Assembly: GCA_965240325.2 (NCBI GenBank)
Contig: OZ251227.1
Location: 248,001 to 312,000 of the forward strand
Origin: Rebecca billardiae RCC1528
Lineage: Eukaryota > Protista > Haptophyta
DNA: 64,000 bases
Reading direction: 5' to 3'
Under the pieces are notes generated by a model. That model ran no database searches, was not told the DNA's origin, and was given only the letters and a program-made list of their open reading frames with translations. A program made the position numbers and the translations under genes. Positions 9,340 to 20,378 of this stretch are shown here, piece after piece; the first letter of the stretch is position 1, and each line of letters opens with the position of its first letter.

Positions 9340-11586
9340 CTACCGACGCCAAGCGCGAGCCCTTGGCGCGGGCGAATCGCGCCCGTTGGGAACGGCGAGG
9401 GCCACCGTCGGCGCACCGCCACCGCCGTGCAGATGATGTTGGAGGTGCGCAGCGCTCGCCGGCGTGTTGCCCGTCTTGCCACGGCTGCGCTGGCGGATGG
9501 GCGCGGGCGCTGCCGGCGTCGGCGAGGACGAGGTGCCCCCCGGCTCTGCGCAGTCGGCGAGCGCGTCCGCCTTGAGCCACTTGGCCACGCGCGGCACGGC
9601 CGCCGCCTCCGGCTCGGAGGGGGCACACATGGACGGAGACAGGGCCTCGCGTGGCGGCGCGCGCGCCGGCGCTGCTGCGGCAGCCCGGGGCGCGTGCGCG
9701 CCCGCCGGCGGCGTGTCTCTCGGGCTGTGCTGCTGGCTGGAGTAGGGGGAGCCCGACGCGCGCTCGCGCTCCGTGGACGCGGCCGAGGTGTGCCGCTGCT
9801 GGAGGGAGGGCGGCGCCGAGCTCGGCCCGCCGGCCGCGCCCACCTGGAGCATCGGCGCGCCCACAGCGACGCCCAGCCGCTGCAGCGCGTCGAGCAGGAA
9901 GGCGCGCGCGTGCAGGGTCACCGTCAGGTGGCCGATGATCGCGTCCGTGTCGTCGTACACGGCGAGGACCTCGGGCAGCTCCGGCTCGCCCGCGGTCACG
10001 CGCGCCGTCTGCTGCTTGAGGTTCACAAAGGCTTCGCCCACCCAGCGGCCGAGCCAGGTCGGGCTGCCGCCCTCCGACGGCGGCGCCGCGCGCGACTCGG
10101 CGGTGTGGCACTCGCGGATCGTGAAGACGAGGTCGGCGTACACCTCGGCCGGCGAGAAGAGCGACTCCCTGAGCAGCAGCAGCTCCTCCTCCGTCGTGAG
10201 CTCCACGTGGTGCGTGTCCCCAAACGAGGCGCACAGCATCCCTGCACCCATCCCGACCGCGGGCTGCAGCCGCTGCGCGCGCGTGTGCAGCGACGGCACC
10301 GCCGCGCCGAGCATTGACTCGTGGAAGTCGGTGCACACGGCGACGAGCTCGAGCGCGTGGTGCCGCGGCTGCAGCTCGAGCTGCCCCACCTCCACCACCA
10401 GTGGGCAGAGCGGGCCGGGCCGGAGCAGGCCGTGCGCGGACGGCGGGCGCGGCGGCGCGTGCTGCAGCGCCGGTGGCGTGGGGCGCGGCGGTGCCGGCGC
10501 GAGGGCGAGCTGCGAGTGCGGCGGAGGCATGCGCGCGCACTCCGCGCAGAACCCCGCGTGCGCGTGCGCCGCGTGCGGCGGAGCGCTCCACAGCGGCTGA
10601 CACACGTCCGCATCGCGCGCGCCCGCGCCCGGCCCCGTGGCCGCGTGCCTGAGCTCGAGCGGTGCCACGGTCCGAGGCAGCACCTCCGACTGGATCCGAC
10701 GGGCGGCGCTCGGCAGCGGCGGCGGGCGGCTGGCGGGCAGGCTCGTGGCAAGCCCGGGCCGCGTGTGCGCCGAGAGCGTCGCGCCCCACACCGAGGCCTG
10801 CCGCGTGATCCGCCTCGCGGCGAGGAAAGCGCGCGCCGCGCGCTGCAGCCGGCACGCGGCCGAGCCGTACGTGAGCAGGGGCCTGCACGGCGTGCTCGCG
10901 ACGACCCGCCGCCGGGCCAGCTGGCGCCTGGCCCGCGCTCGCGCGAGCCAGCCTCGCGCGAGGGCCTGCACGTGGACCGCCGCGCGCAAGGCGCGCGCAT
11001 GCGCCCGGCGCTGCCGCCGGCCGCCGCCCTGCTGCGGGTGTGAGCGCCGGGTGAGCAACGCGCTGGAGGAGGTACGCCCGAGCCAACGGGCCTGTATGCC
11101 GAAGCTCTGCGCGCTCGAAGTGGCGGGCTGCTCGGTCGGCCCCTCCCCCATCTCCTGCGGGGACGGCATCGAGTACGAATCCGTGCTGGGCGAGGTGAGC
11201 GTGTCCGCGGCCTCGCGCAGCGCAGGCGCGCGCGTTGCCAGCAGGCAGCGTGCGTTGGTAGAGCTCGACGCGAGCGACTTGGACAAAGACTGTGAAAGCG
11301 AGATCGATTGATCCGCCCCGTCTGCCGCGGACAGCGCGAGCGCCAGAGCGCTCTGCGCCAGAGCAGCCTTCTGCCCGTCCGGCCGCGACGCGAGCAGCGC
11401 GACAAAGCGCGCAAACGCGGACGCCTCGAGATCGTCCGCAAGCGGCAGCCGGGGCGAGCCAAGCGGGCTCACAACGCTCCCCGCAGAGCTGGGTGACGAC
11501 AACCCAAACGCCACAGGCGAGCTGAGCCCACTCGTCGCGCCGCGCGTGCCGCGACGGCGCTCGCGACGGGCGGCTGCGGTCGACAT
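9340..11586 (-). CDS. IQ-motif protein with RPGRIP1-C-terminal-like C2 domain
   Basis: Two IQ-like motifs (VHVQALARGWLAR, CRLQRAARAFLAAR). Beta-rich domain ending VGEAFVNL...VYDDTDAIIGHLTVTLHA resembles the RPGRIP1/RPGRIP1L C-terminal C2 fold. Confidence 0.6.
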   Translation of the reverse strand: MSTAAARRERRRGTRGATSGLSSPVAFGLSSPSSAGSVVSPLGSPRLPLADDLEASAFARFVALLASRPDGQKAALAQSALALALSAADGADQSISLSQSLSKSLASSSTNARCLLATRAPALREAADTLTSPSTDSYSMPSPQEMGEGPTEQPATSSAQSFGIQARWLGRTSSSALLTRRSHPQQGGGRRQRRAHARALRAAVHVQALARGWLARARARRQLARRRVVASTPCRPLLTYGSAACRLQRAARAFLAARRITRQASVWGATLSAHTRPGLATSLPASRPPPLPSAARRIQSEVLPRTVAPLELRHAATGPGAGARDADVCQPLWSAPPHAAHAHAGFCAECARMPPPHSQLALAPAPPRPTPPALQHAPPRPPSAHGLLRPGPLCPLVVEVGQLELQPRHHALELVAVCTDFHESMLGAAVPSLHTRAQRLQPAVGMGAGMLCASFGDTHHVELTTEEELLLLRESLFSPAEVYADLVFTIRECHTAESRAAPPSEGGSPTWLGRWVGEAFVNLKQQTARVTAGEPELPEVLAVYDDTDAIIGHLTVTLHARAFLLDALQRLGVAVGAPMLQVGAAGGPSSAPPSLQQRHTSAASTERERASGSPYSSQQHSPRDTPPAGAHAPRAAAAAPARAPPREALSPSMCAPSEPEAAAVPRVAKWLKADALADCAEPGGTSSSPTPAAPAPIRQRSRGKTGNTPASAAHLQHHLHGGGGAPTVALAVPNGRDSPAPRARAWRR

Positions 11587-11979
11587 GCGCTCCTCGTCCT
11601 CGCGCCTGATTTGGACGATTTGGACTGCTGATTCGCCCGCGCGGCCGGCGCTTCAACTTCGCACTCTCGTCACTCGCGCTCACCGCTCACGCGCTCTCAG
11701 TTGGCCAGTTTGCCACTCCTGGCTTTGGTGGGCAGATCTACAGCCCTGCTGTGAGCAACCACTGGCCCGGCCCGAAGCCCGAAATTGAAAATGCGGGTGG
11801 GCAAGCCCGATTCCGGCCGCGATTCAGATTCGTCATGGAACGACGGACGATGTCTCGTCGCCTTCCCGGAATTCGTCGCGTCGAAGACTGCGCGAAAAGG
11901 CGCGGGAACTGGGAACCGGGAAACTGCGAACCGGCCGGAGGGGATTCGGGATGTCCGTCTCGCGGATCGCGCTCTCCCG

Positions 11980-14499
11980 TCACACGCGCACGCGCAGCAT
12001 GCACTCGTCCGCCATCTCGGCTAGCCGCGTCGCCTCGAGCGCGTAGTTGTGCGAGCGGAACGTCCACGGTCGCGCCGGGTCCTGCGCGGCCTTGTCAAAG
12101 CTCGCCGCCTCAAAGTAGTGGTACGGCACGCGCAGCGCGGCCTTCTCCCCGCGCTTCCCGCCGAGCGCTGCCGGGCGCGTCGGCTGTGCGCGCAGGTCCG
12201 CCTCGTCGATGTAGAACCCGTACACGTCGACGGCCTCGCACGCGTACAGCGCGTGCACCACCGCCTCGAACCCGAACGTGGCGGTGAGGTTGGTGCGCGT
12301 CGCCCTGCGGTGCTCGTCAAGCTCGGCCGCGCTGAAGAGGCGCTGCACGCAGGTGCGGCGGAACGCGCGCGACAGGTGCGCGACGACCGTGCCCGTGTCT
12401 GGGAGCACGACGGCGGCCGGGGGCGAGGGCGGCGACGAAGACGGCGGCACGTCGCGAACGCGCGCCGCCCTCGCCACGCCTCCGACGCCACCCGCTGCGG
12501 CGGTCGTCCCCGCCGCCGGCGCGCCTCGCAGGAAGCGCGATGGCGTGCCCATCGTGAGCACGAGGGCCGCCTCTGTCACCTCGGCGGGCAGGGCCTGCCC
12601 CGCACGCAGGGCCGCCTGCCACGCGTGCGTCTGCGGCGAGTTGACCAGCCGCACGGTCGTGCGCCGGCCGACGTGCCGCGCGTACTGCGCGGTCGGCGCC
12701 GCGTTAAGACGCAGCACCGCGTCGTGCGCGTCGATCTCGTCGCCGAGGCGCGCGTGCAGCAGCACGCCCGACGAGCCGACGACGGCGCACGAGCGCCAGA
12801 GCGGCGCGCGCGCGGGCGCGGTGCCACCGCTGCCGCCGCCGCCGCCCGCCGCCGGCTGCTGCAGGGGGCTCGTGCCGCCCGGCGCGCGCCCGCCGAGTGC
12901 GAGCAGCTGGCTCAGGTTGGAGATGGCCGCGCACTCGGAGCGCGCGCTCGGCGCGAGGGCGCGCGCCGACAGCGGCGCGGGCGCGCGTGGGCGGGTGGCG
13001 CGGTCGGCGCAGCGCGCAGCCGTGGCGCCGGCGCGTGCTCGCGCGCCCAGCACGCCGCTGTCAGCGCGCACTTCTGCCACGGCCGCGGCGTGGCTCGGCG
13101 GCGCGGCTGCGCTCGGCCCGTCGAGCGCGCCGCCCACAGCTGCCGCCTCATGCGCGTGCGGCGCAAGCTCTAGAGTTGCGCGGCGCGGCTGCGACGGCTC
13201 CGGCCCGACATCGGCGGGCAGCGCGCACGCGCGCACGCGGACGTGCAGCGGCAGGTGGTCGGACAGCGGGCGCACGACGGCCGCATCCGGGTCGACGTAC
13301 GGCCGCGCCGCCGGCCGCGCCGTCCACTGCGGCACGCGCGCCGCTGCCTGCGCGCCACGGGCGTACTCGGCGCACCCGCCGCCGCCGAGGGCGCACGCCC
13401 AGCCGTCGCTGCCTCCGCGGTCGTCCGCGCACCGCTCGGTGCCTGCACCTGCTCGCGGGGGTAGCAGCAGCGCATAGTCCAGCCGCATCGCCATCGAGTG
13501 CACAGCGTCAAGCTTCAACCCGCCACCGCCGCCGCCCGCGGCCGCGCCGTGCGCAGCAGGCGCGGGCGTGACGGTGCTCTGGCCTGTCGAGCTGTTCTGG
13601 GCGAGGTCGCGCCAGCCGAGCGCCGCGAGAGCGTCCGTCACGGCGTAGTCGAGCGCGGGCGGCCCGGCGTCCGACTCCCGCTCGCCCGCGGCCCTCGCCG
13701 CGCCGGCAGCCGCCTCTCCCGCGCCCGCGGTCGGCGTGGCCGCATGGCCGCGCACAAACTTGGCGCGCGCGCGCTTGTCCGCGCCGGGCTGCAGCAGCTG
13801 GGCCAGCAGCCCGTCCGCGACGTGTGCGGCCGCGTCGAGGCGCGAGAGGGCGTTCAGGTCGGCGAGGAGCAGCGTGCGACGCTCGCCCGCGCCGAGCTGG
13901 CTCTCCGCGTGCAGCCGCTCCGCCTCGCGCAGCCGCGCCGTGCGCGAGTGCGCGCTCAGGTGCGCCTCGCACACGCGCACGGCCGCGCGCCCAAGGTCCA
14001 CGCACAGCAGGCCGTGCGCGTACCCGTCCGTGCGCGAGACGGCACGGGCGATGGGCTCGCGCGCGATGAGCCCGAGATTAAAGCGGCCATCCGCCGAGCG
14101 CAGGTATTCGCTGTACGGGTAGCCGTGCGCCGCAGCGGCGCGCCCAAACTCGGACGCGCCGGGGCCGAGCTCGGCAAAGCCGACGACGTCGAAGCGGCGC
14201 CGCTCGAGGAACTCGCAGATCCTCGCCCAGCGCGGCGTGTCTGTCGACCCGAGCGCAATGTTCCAGTGAAGCACGCTCAGCTCGCGCTCGGCCGCGCCGA
14301 CCCGTGGCGCCACGTCGGTGTGCGCGTGCGCAGAAGCGAGCCGCTGATGTGCGGCGGGCAGCAAGCGCCGTGCGGCACGCCCGCCCTCGGCCGAAGCGCG
14401 GAGCGCTGCGTGCCAGCGCAGCGTGAGCGCGAGCACAGCCGCCGAGCCCAGCAGCCATGCGGCGTACGCGCGCCGCACGAGGCGGCGCCGACCACACAT
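11980..14499 (-). CDS. Type II membrane protein: EEP phosphoesterase domain fused to GT29 sialyltransferase domain
   Basis: N-terminal TM. EEP motifs VLHWNI, GFAE, AHL, ADLN, RLDY, SDHLP. Sialylmotif L CAVVGSSG...[12 protein letters not shown], motif S TFGF...CEAVDVYGF, motif III YHYFE, motif VS HNYALE. One uninterrupted ORF. Confidence 0.9.
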   Translation of the reverse strand: MCGRRRLVRRAYAAWLLGSAAVLALTLRWHAALRASAEGGRAARRLLPAAHQRLASAHAHTDVAPRVGAAERELSVLHWNIALGSTDTPRWARICEFLERRRFDVVGFAELGPGASEFGRAAAAHGYPYSEYLRSADGRFNLGLIAREPIARAVSRTDGYAHGLLCVDLGRAAVRVCEAHLSAHSRTARLREAERLHAESQLGAGERRTLLLADLNALSRLDAAAHVADGLLAQLLQPGADKRARAKFVRGHAATPTAGAGEAAAGAARAAGERESDAGPPALDYAVTDALAALGWRDLAQNSSTGQSTVTPAPAAHGAAAGGGGGGLKLDAVHSMAMRLDYALLLPPRAGAGTERCADDRGGSDGWACALGGGGCAEYARGAQAAARVPQWTARPAARPYVDPDAAVVRPLSDHLPLHVRVRACALPADVGPEPSQPRRATLELAPHAHEAAAVGGALDGPSAAAPPSHAAAVAEVRADSGVLGARARAGATAARCADRATRPRAPAPLSARALAPSARSECAAISNLSQLLALGGRAPGGTSPLQQPAAGGGGGSGGTAPARAPLWRSCAVVGSSGVLLHARLGDEIDAHDAVLRLNAAPTAQYARHVGRRTTVRLVNSPQTHAWQAALRAGQALPAEVTEAALVLTMGTPSRFLRGAPAAGTTAAAGGVGGVARAARVRDVPPSSSPPSPPAAVVLPDTGTVVAHLSRAFRRTCVQRLFSAAELDEHRRATRTNLTATFGFEAVVHALYACEAVDVYGFYIDEADLRAQPTRPAALGGKRGEKAALRVPYHYFEAASFDKAAQDPARPWTFRSHNYALEATRLAEMADECMLRVRV

Positions 14500-14661
14500 C
14501 TCGTTGCTCACCTACGCCTGGCCTCGGCGGCCGCCATCGTTCTCTCCGGGTGCAGCAAAGGCTTGCTTGCTGGTGATCAAGAGCGCGGGACGCAGGCCGT
14601 GCCCTCCCGCACTCCCGCAGTGCCCTCGGCGGTTGGCGGCTTGGCGCGCGTTCGGGGAGCC

Positions 14662-15490
14662 ATGGCGGACTCGAGTTCGTCGGAACCGCCGAGCGCGGAG
14701 CAGCTGCGCGAGCAGCGCATCCCGGCGATGCCCTTCATCGTGCGTGCGCCTGCGACGCTGTGCTCTCGTCCAGTCCGGCATGAGCCGTCGCCGCCACCAC
14801 CGGGCTCACCGCCGCGGCTGCGACCGCGCGCCTGCCTCGCGCGCAGGACGACATCGAGGCCTTCATGGACAAGGAGGGTCGCAGCGCCGAGTCCGCGCTG
14901 CAGAAGCTGCACGAGCGGTACAACGGGTACAAGATGTCCGACCAGCGATTGCTCGCGAGGAAAGTCAAGCTCAAGGTCAAGATCCCGGACATCGAGAAGA
15001 CGCTTGGCGTGGTGAAGCGGATGAAGCGCGCACAGGTCTGCGCTCGCTACGCTGGCTGAGGCCTCACGCGCGGCGCCGCTCGCGCGGCACAACGGCTCTG
15101 GTCGTCGGCTCGCTTTGAGACATGCGCGCCCACCCCGCACTGCGCGGCGCGCCACGCGCGCAGGACGAAGGGGAGGCCTCGCTGGGCACACACTACGAGC
15201 TGTCGGACGCGGTGTACGCCAAGGCCAACGTCCCGCTGGTGGAGGGGCAGACGGTGTGCCTCTGGCTCGGCGCGAACGTCATGCTTGAGTACACGGTGGA
15301 CGAGGCGATCGAGCTGCTCACCAAGAACCTCGCCACCGCGCAGGAGGCCCTCGCGGCCGTGATGAGCGACCTCGAGTACATCAAGGACCAGATGACGACC
15401 TCGGAGGTGAACATTGCGCGCGTGTACAACTGGGACGTCAGAGAGCGGCGGAAGAAGGAGCAGGCAGGGGGCGCGAAAGATGGCGAGTGA
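14662..15490 (+). CDS. PFDN3: Prefoldin subunit 3 (VBP1); exons 14662-14739, 14847-15035, 15164-15490
   Basis: KIPDIEKTL, YELSDAVYAKA, CLWLGANVMLEY, DQMTTSEVNIARVYNWDV. Two GT-AG introns give a continuous frame. Confidence 0.95.
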
Positions 15491-15917
15491 GCGCGCGGCG
15501 GCAGTCGCTGGGCCGACCGCAGATGCACCACGTGATGTCGACTACCAACGAACCCGGATACGGGCGGATACGGCGAGAGCGGTTGGCCGTCTCTGCGCCC
15601 GGTCCCGCCGAGTCACGCCCCGCGGGTTCATCCCCGCCGTCCGTTCCGCGACCGTCGCGTCGCGTGGTTCGGGCGCTCTGTGACTGTCGCCGCACTGCTC
15701 ACCATTGAGACGAAGTTCTGACCGATGACGCGGGTGCGCGCCCTTGCGGGCGCGGTCGACATAGTGATCACAGACACAGTGCACTGCATTAATGGCCATG
15801 TGACCCGGCAGTGTGGCTGTGTGACGATCGGTGCGGAACGCTGGCCGGCCAGGGCGGCCTCGCGGTCGGGCTTGCCAAGGACCTGAACCAAGGGCGGTAC
15901 CTGAACCCACCATTTTA

Positions 15918-16774
15918 CAGGGATGCCGAACATTGAATCAATGAAAAATAAAATTCAATGAATCATTGAATTCATTGACACTGAATCGCGGCAGGATTCA
16001 ATGAAGTTTACCTGACCAGTAGTAGCAGTGACTAGTAATACTGTGTGTGCAGCGCTGCCGCGTGCGCGCCGAGCGCGGCGTGCGGGGCTGTGACCGTGGG
16101 GCCACCGACGGCGAGTCATGGACTGTAGCAGTGCGCGTGCACAACATGCACCCATCCCGCCCCCATACACGGCATCATCAATAAGCAAGCAGCAGATTCA
16201 CTCAGACTCGTCAGAACTCAGAATCGGACTGTGTGCTGGAGTTCGTCGGATCGGCTAAGTTCCACAGCACCGCAACGGCGCGACCTGGCGGGCGTCACCG
16301 GTGCATCGGCGTCCAGTGGAGCTGCGGACTGGCTAGTGGCTGAGGACTGCTGTAGATGATGCCGCCAAGTACATCAAGCGCCGCACTCGGCCATCGATCG
16401 GCGCTCTTCAGGGACCTCCGCCTCGCCAACGGACCGCGAGAATTCTCGGCTCTTGGCACTAAAAGTAAAGGCCGCCGGCGACAAGGCCCGGTTACTGACT
16501 GCTGCGCGCACGCGTGCGCCGAGGTCCGGCACGGAGACCCTGCTGCACGGGTGCAGGACCTCGAGCAGGGTGTCTCCAGCGCCGCCGCCGACTCGGAGGA
16601 AGTCTGACACGCTGTAGGGTCACATTCAGCGCCTCTAGACTGCATTTAGGTGCCATTTGGGAGAGTCGGAAAAACGTTGAATTCGGATTCATTGAATTCA
16701 TTGAATTCAGTGAATTCAATGAATTCAATGAAACATTGAAAGGCGATTGAGATTCATTGAATCCAGCATCCCTG
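15918..16774. mobile_element. Non-autonomous hAT-like DNA transposon (MITE)
   Basis: TIR CAGGGATGC / GCATCCCTG. Dense ATTGAATTC/TTCAATGA subterminal repeats at both ends. CCCACCA on both flanks (15906, 16775), consistent with a slightly disturbed 8-bp TSD. Confidence 0.7.
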
Positions 16775-16949
16775 CCCACCAAGGCACGGTCCCGGCGGAG
16801 CACGCCAGTGCTTACCCCCATACCACCCGTTCCACGGGGTGTTGTTCCGCCGCCAGGGCGGCGAGGCGGCCCCGCGACCACGGCTGGTGGCGGCAGGATG
16901 GCGAACAGGTGGCGCGTGGCCGACGTGCGACCGAGAGAAGCGTGACTTG

Positions 16950-17943
16950 GGCGGCGCGCGCCGCGCGGGCGGGATGGCTCGGACCCACGCGCGCCTTTGA
17001 GCGCCCGGCGACCGCGCGCGCATCGGCTTCCTCCGCCTGCAAGTCGCCCGCGACCGCGGCCGCCGCCCGCTTCAAGTGGGTTGACTGCGCCCGAGTCTGC
17101 TCGCCGCCGAGCGCGGGGATGAGTTGAGCGCGGCGCGAGGCGGCGATCGCGATCGGGCGATCGCATGTGCCCATCTGCGCCCCCTTCGCCACGGCGCGAC
17201 CGCTTCAGCATGCGTATGTGACCCCACTTGTCCGGGATGTCGGGAGCGGGCGAACATTGTCGGCCACCGTGTCCGCGCGCGCCGCGCGCGCGCAGGGCTC
17301 GTTCGGATCGGAAACACGTCACAAACGGCATCAGGGCATGCCGATGGTCATGTATTGCCCCGCATGGGCCACCTAGGTCATGCCATCCACTGCTCTGCCA
17401 GCTTGCAACGTGCGTCAATGCTGACGACAACTTTCTGGTGAGAAGAACTTGCTTAGCGAGTTCTGTCACAATGGTGTACACGGCATCAGTAGACGTCACA
17501 TGACGGCAGATGCGGACCAACCGTGCCCATCAGCTTGCGCGGGGAAGACATCACGAGACGCCACGGAGTGACCTCCGATCCGAACGAGCACTGCGCGCGC
17601 GCGGCGCTGGCGGACACGCTGGCCGACAATGTTCGCCCGCTCCCGACATCCCGGACAAGTGGGGTCACATACGCATGCTGAAGCGGTCGCGCCGTGGCGA
17701 AGGGGGCGCAGATGGGCACATGCGATCGCCCGATCGCGATCGCCGCCTCGCGCCGCGCTCAACTCATCCCTGCGCTCGGCGGCGAGCAGACTCGGGCGCA
17801 GTCAACCCACTGGCCACTCGAAGCGGGCGGCGGCCGCGGTCGCGGGCGGCTTGCAGGCGGAGGAAGCCGATGCGCGCGCGGTCGCCGGGCGCTCAAAGGC
17901 GCGCGTGGGTCCGAGCCACCCCGCGAGCGCGGCGCGCAGCGCC
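16950..17943. repeat. Long inverted repeat (arms about 16950-17312 and 17574-17943, spacer about 260 bp); foldback-like
   Basis: Arms are near-identical reverse complements; the ORF track shows mirrored peptides (MPICAPFATARPLQH on both strands). Confidence 0.9.
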
Positions 17944-18061
17944 GACAGCAACTCATCGACAGCTGAGCGCGGGGATCGCCGCGACGTCGACGCCGCCCGC
18001 CCGCCCCCCGCCCCTCCTCAACGGCCGCGGCCCCGCGTGCGCCCACTGTGGTCCGGGAGCT

Positions 18062-18095
18062 GATCAGGTCGAATCTGGCTAGATTCGACCTGATC
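18062..18095. repeat. Perfect 15-bp-stem hairpin
   Basis: GATCAGGTCGAATCT-GGCT-AGATTCGACCTGATC. Confidence 0.85.
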
Positions 18096-18099
18096 GCGT

Positions 18100-19371
18100 C
18101 TCCTCCGACATGCCAGGGAGCTTCGGCCGCCGCCTGGGCACGACCAGGGGGGGCAGCCCCCGCCCCCACAGGCACAGGCAGGCCCAGGAGGGGCGATTGC
18201 CATGAATAATCAGTTACAGGGACCACCTGTCATCCAGCAGCAACCCCCTGCCCAGGCTGGCCAGGGCTGGCAGGCAGGCGCGGGGCAGGCCAACCTGCAC
18301 CAGCCAATAGCGCGCGGTCACCACGTGCGCCCTCAGCTACTCTTGCGGGCATGGCCCCTACAGCGTGCTCGCCCCCTCCCTATGGTGATTGCGTGGCCTC
18401 TGCAGCCTGCCACACCTCTTGTGGCATGGCCGCTCCAATATGTTACCCCACTGGCTCGCCGCGATGTGCGTCCGTCGGACAATGTGTTGACACATGGGGG
18501 CCCTGAGATTGAGGCAGACCCTGCTGCGGGCAGTCGCACTGGTCACGGAGCTCACAACGGCATTACACAGTCAGACACTGGACAGCAGGCCACACAGCCA
18601 CCTGCTGGCTCTGCCAAGACACTGGCAGCCCCCAGGCGCAGGCTGCCTCCTCCTAGTCAAGCTCAGCAAGACAGCCCCCCGCCCAAACGACACTGCCCAC
18701 CCCACCAGGCAAATGTGCCTATCCTAACACCAACTGGCAGGCAGGCTCAGCCTGCGCAACGAAGTATGCAACCCCCTGCAAAGAGCAGCAGAAAGAGGCG
18801 CGCAAACGACACCTCCCCAGGCGTATTAGCCATCGCCACCACTCTGCTTGCGTCCTACAGCGGCCCACGCCCTGACTTGATGCCCGATATCGCACACATG
18901 TCTGACATGACACCATCTGCCTCCATAGCAGCACGAGTGAAATACAGGCGCCTCACTGCCAGGACCAGTGGCCCAGACCCCGGCCCAGCTACTGGGCTCG
19001 CTGACAGCCCCCTCCGTCCCCTCCCCCGCGCAGGGATCGGCTAGTGGCTGGCCCTCTGCCCACACTGGGGCGCCCTAGGGGGTGCCCAGTCTGCCGACTC
19101 GGCTCAAACTCGATGATCTCGAATTGCAAGGCAGTGCACTGCTGGTACCTGGGACCACCCCACAGTGTCGGGCTTGTATGCTGTCGGCAATGGCATACCC
19201 CCGCCCCCTCTGGAGGCGGGCTGTCCACAGCGGAGTGGTGTCAAGGCACTTGGTGTATCGGTCAGTGGTTTGAGGTTGGGTGAGGGTGGTGGTTGGTTGG
19301 GGGCTGGCCAGGGTAGGGCTGGAGGCTTCGGCCGCCAGTCTGATCACCCGGAGCCCGTTATAAAGGGGAAT
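18100..19371 (+). mobile_element. Probable 3' fragment of a retroelement (CpG-depleted ORF 18202-19044 plus structured 3' end)
   Basis: Visibly CpG-poor and CpA/TpG-rich compared with host genes. The terminal ~65-bp stem-loop (19299-19364) recurs at 56051-56116. Confidence 0.5.
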
Positions 19372-19436
19372 TTAAAAAGCTCCCGGACCGGTTTACACTA
19401 ATCGCCCTTCGTGGAACGGGTGGCACGCCGACCCAA

Positions 19437-20378
19437 ATGCCACGCGGGCGGCAGCAGCGCGGACGTGGGAGTGGTCGCGGCCATCCGGGTCGCGGCCGAG
19501 GAGGGGCGGCTGGCATGAGCGACGAGGACGTCGTCGAGGCCACGCAGAGCGCGTTTGCTGGCGCTTCGCTGCGTGATCGTGGTGGGGTGGGCGAGGAGAA
19601 CGACAGCGACGGTGACGCACAGGAGGATTCGTCTGAGTATGACGGCCCTCCGCTCGGCATGTGGGAGTTTCGGCAGACAGACGCGCGGCGCGACACGGGC
19701 TCGAAGCTCAAGCGGCATGGCCTGATCACCGAGCTGCGCATCAACCAGCGCTGGCGCGGGCTGGTCATGTCGTCCAACGGCTCGCGCACCATCTCAGCTG
19801 CAGACCGAGGGCTGGTCAGATGCGGCGGCGTTGCTTGCGTGAACTGCTCGTGGGCGCGGGTGGACGGCGACGTGCCGTTCAGCAAGATGAAGAGCGTAGG
19901 AGGCGAACGGCTGTTGCCGTTCCTGGTCGCGGCCAACCCGACCAAGTACGGACAACCTATGGTGCTCTCCTCCGCTGAGGCGCTGGCAGCAGCACTCACT
20001 ATCTGTGGCTTTGAGCGCGCGGCACGGTGCATCATGGCCAAGTTCAAGTGGGGTGACTCGTTTTGGGCGCTGAATGGGGAGGTTCTTGCGAGATATGCCG
20101 CGTGCGCCGATGCTGAGGGCGTGATCGCTGTCCAGGAGGACGTGATGGGCAAGCTGCGCGAGGAGAGTGCACAGCGCGCAGCTGATGCCGCAGCATCAGC
20201 GGCTGACCCGTACGGGGGTATGCCTCTGCCTCCGAGCGAGAGCGACGACTACTCGAGCCAGGAAGCGCACACGGACGATGACGACGAGGTTGAGGGGCAT
20301 GCCGACGACAGGGGTATCAAGGCGGAAGGCGACACCAAACAGGGTGCCCATGACGATCGATGCCTCCCCCGATACTAG
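19437..20378 (+). CDS. TSR3: 18S rRNA aminocarboxypropyltransferase Tsr3
   Basis: CSWARV, RLLPFLVAANPTKYG, LSSAEALAAAL, FKWGDSFWALN and acidic LPPSESDD tail. Confidence 0.93.
   Translation: MPRGRQQRGRGSGRGHPGRGRGGAAGMSDEDVVEATQSAFAGASLRDRGGVGEENDSDGDAQEDSSEYDGPPLGMWEFRQTDARRDTGSKLKRHGLITELRINQRWRGLVMSSNGSRTISAADRGLVRCGGVACVNCSWARVDGDVPFSKMKSVGGERLLPFLVAANPTKYGQPMVLSSAEALAAALTICGFERAARCIMAKFKWGDSFWALNGEVLARYAACADAEGVIAVQEDVMGKLREESAQRAADAAASAADPYGGMPLPPSESDDYSSQEAHTDDDDEVEGHADDRGIKAEGDTKQGAHDDRCLPRY

Noticed and set aside
16675-16765. Short repeats as a possible CRISPR array
   Set aside because: About 9-bp units with no unique spacers, no cas genes, eukaryotic context; explained as transposon subterminal repeats.
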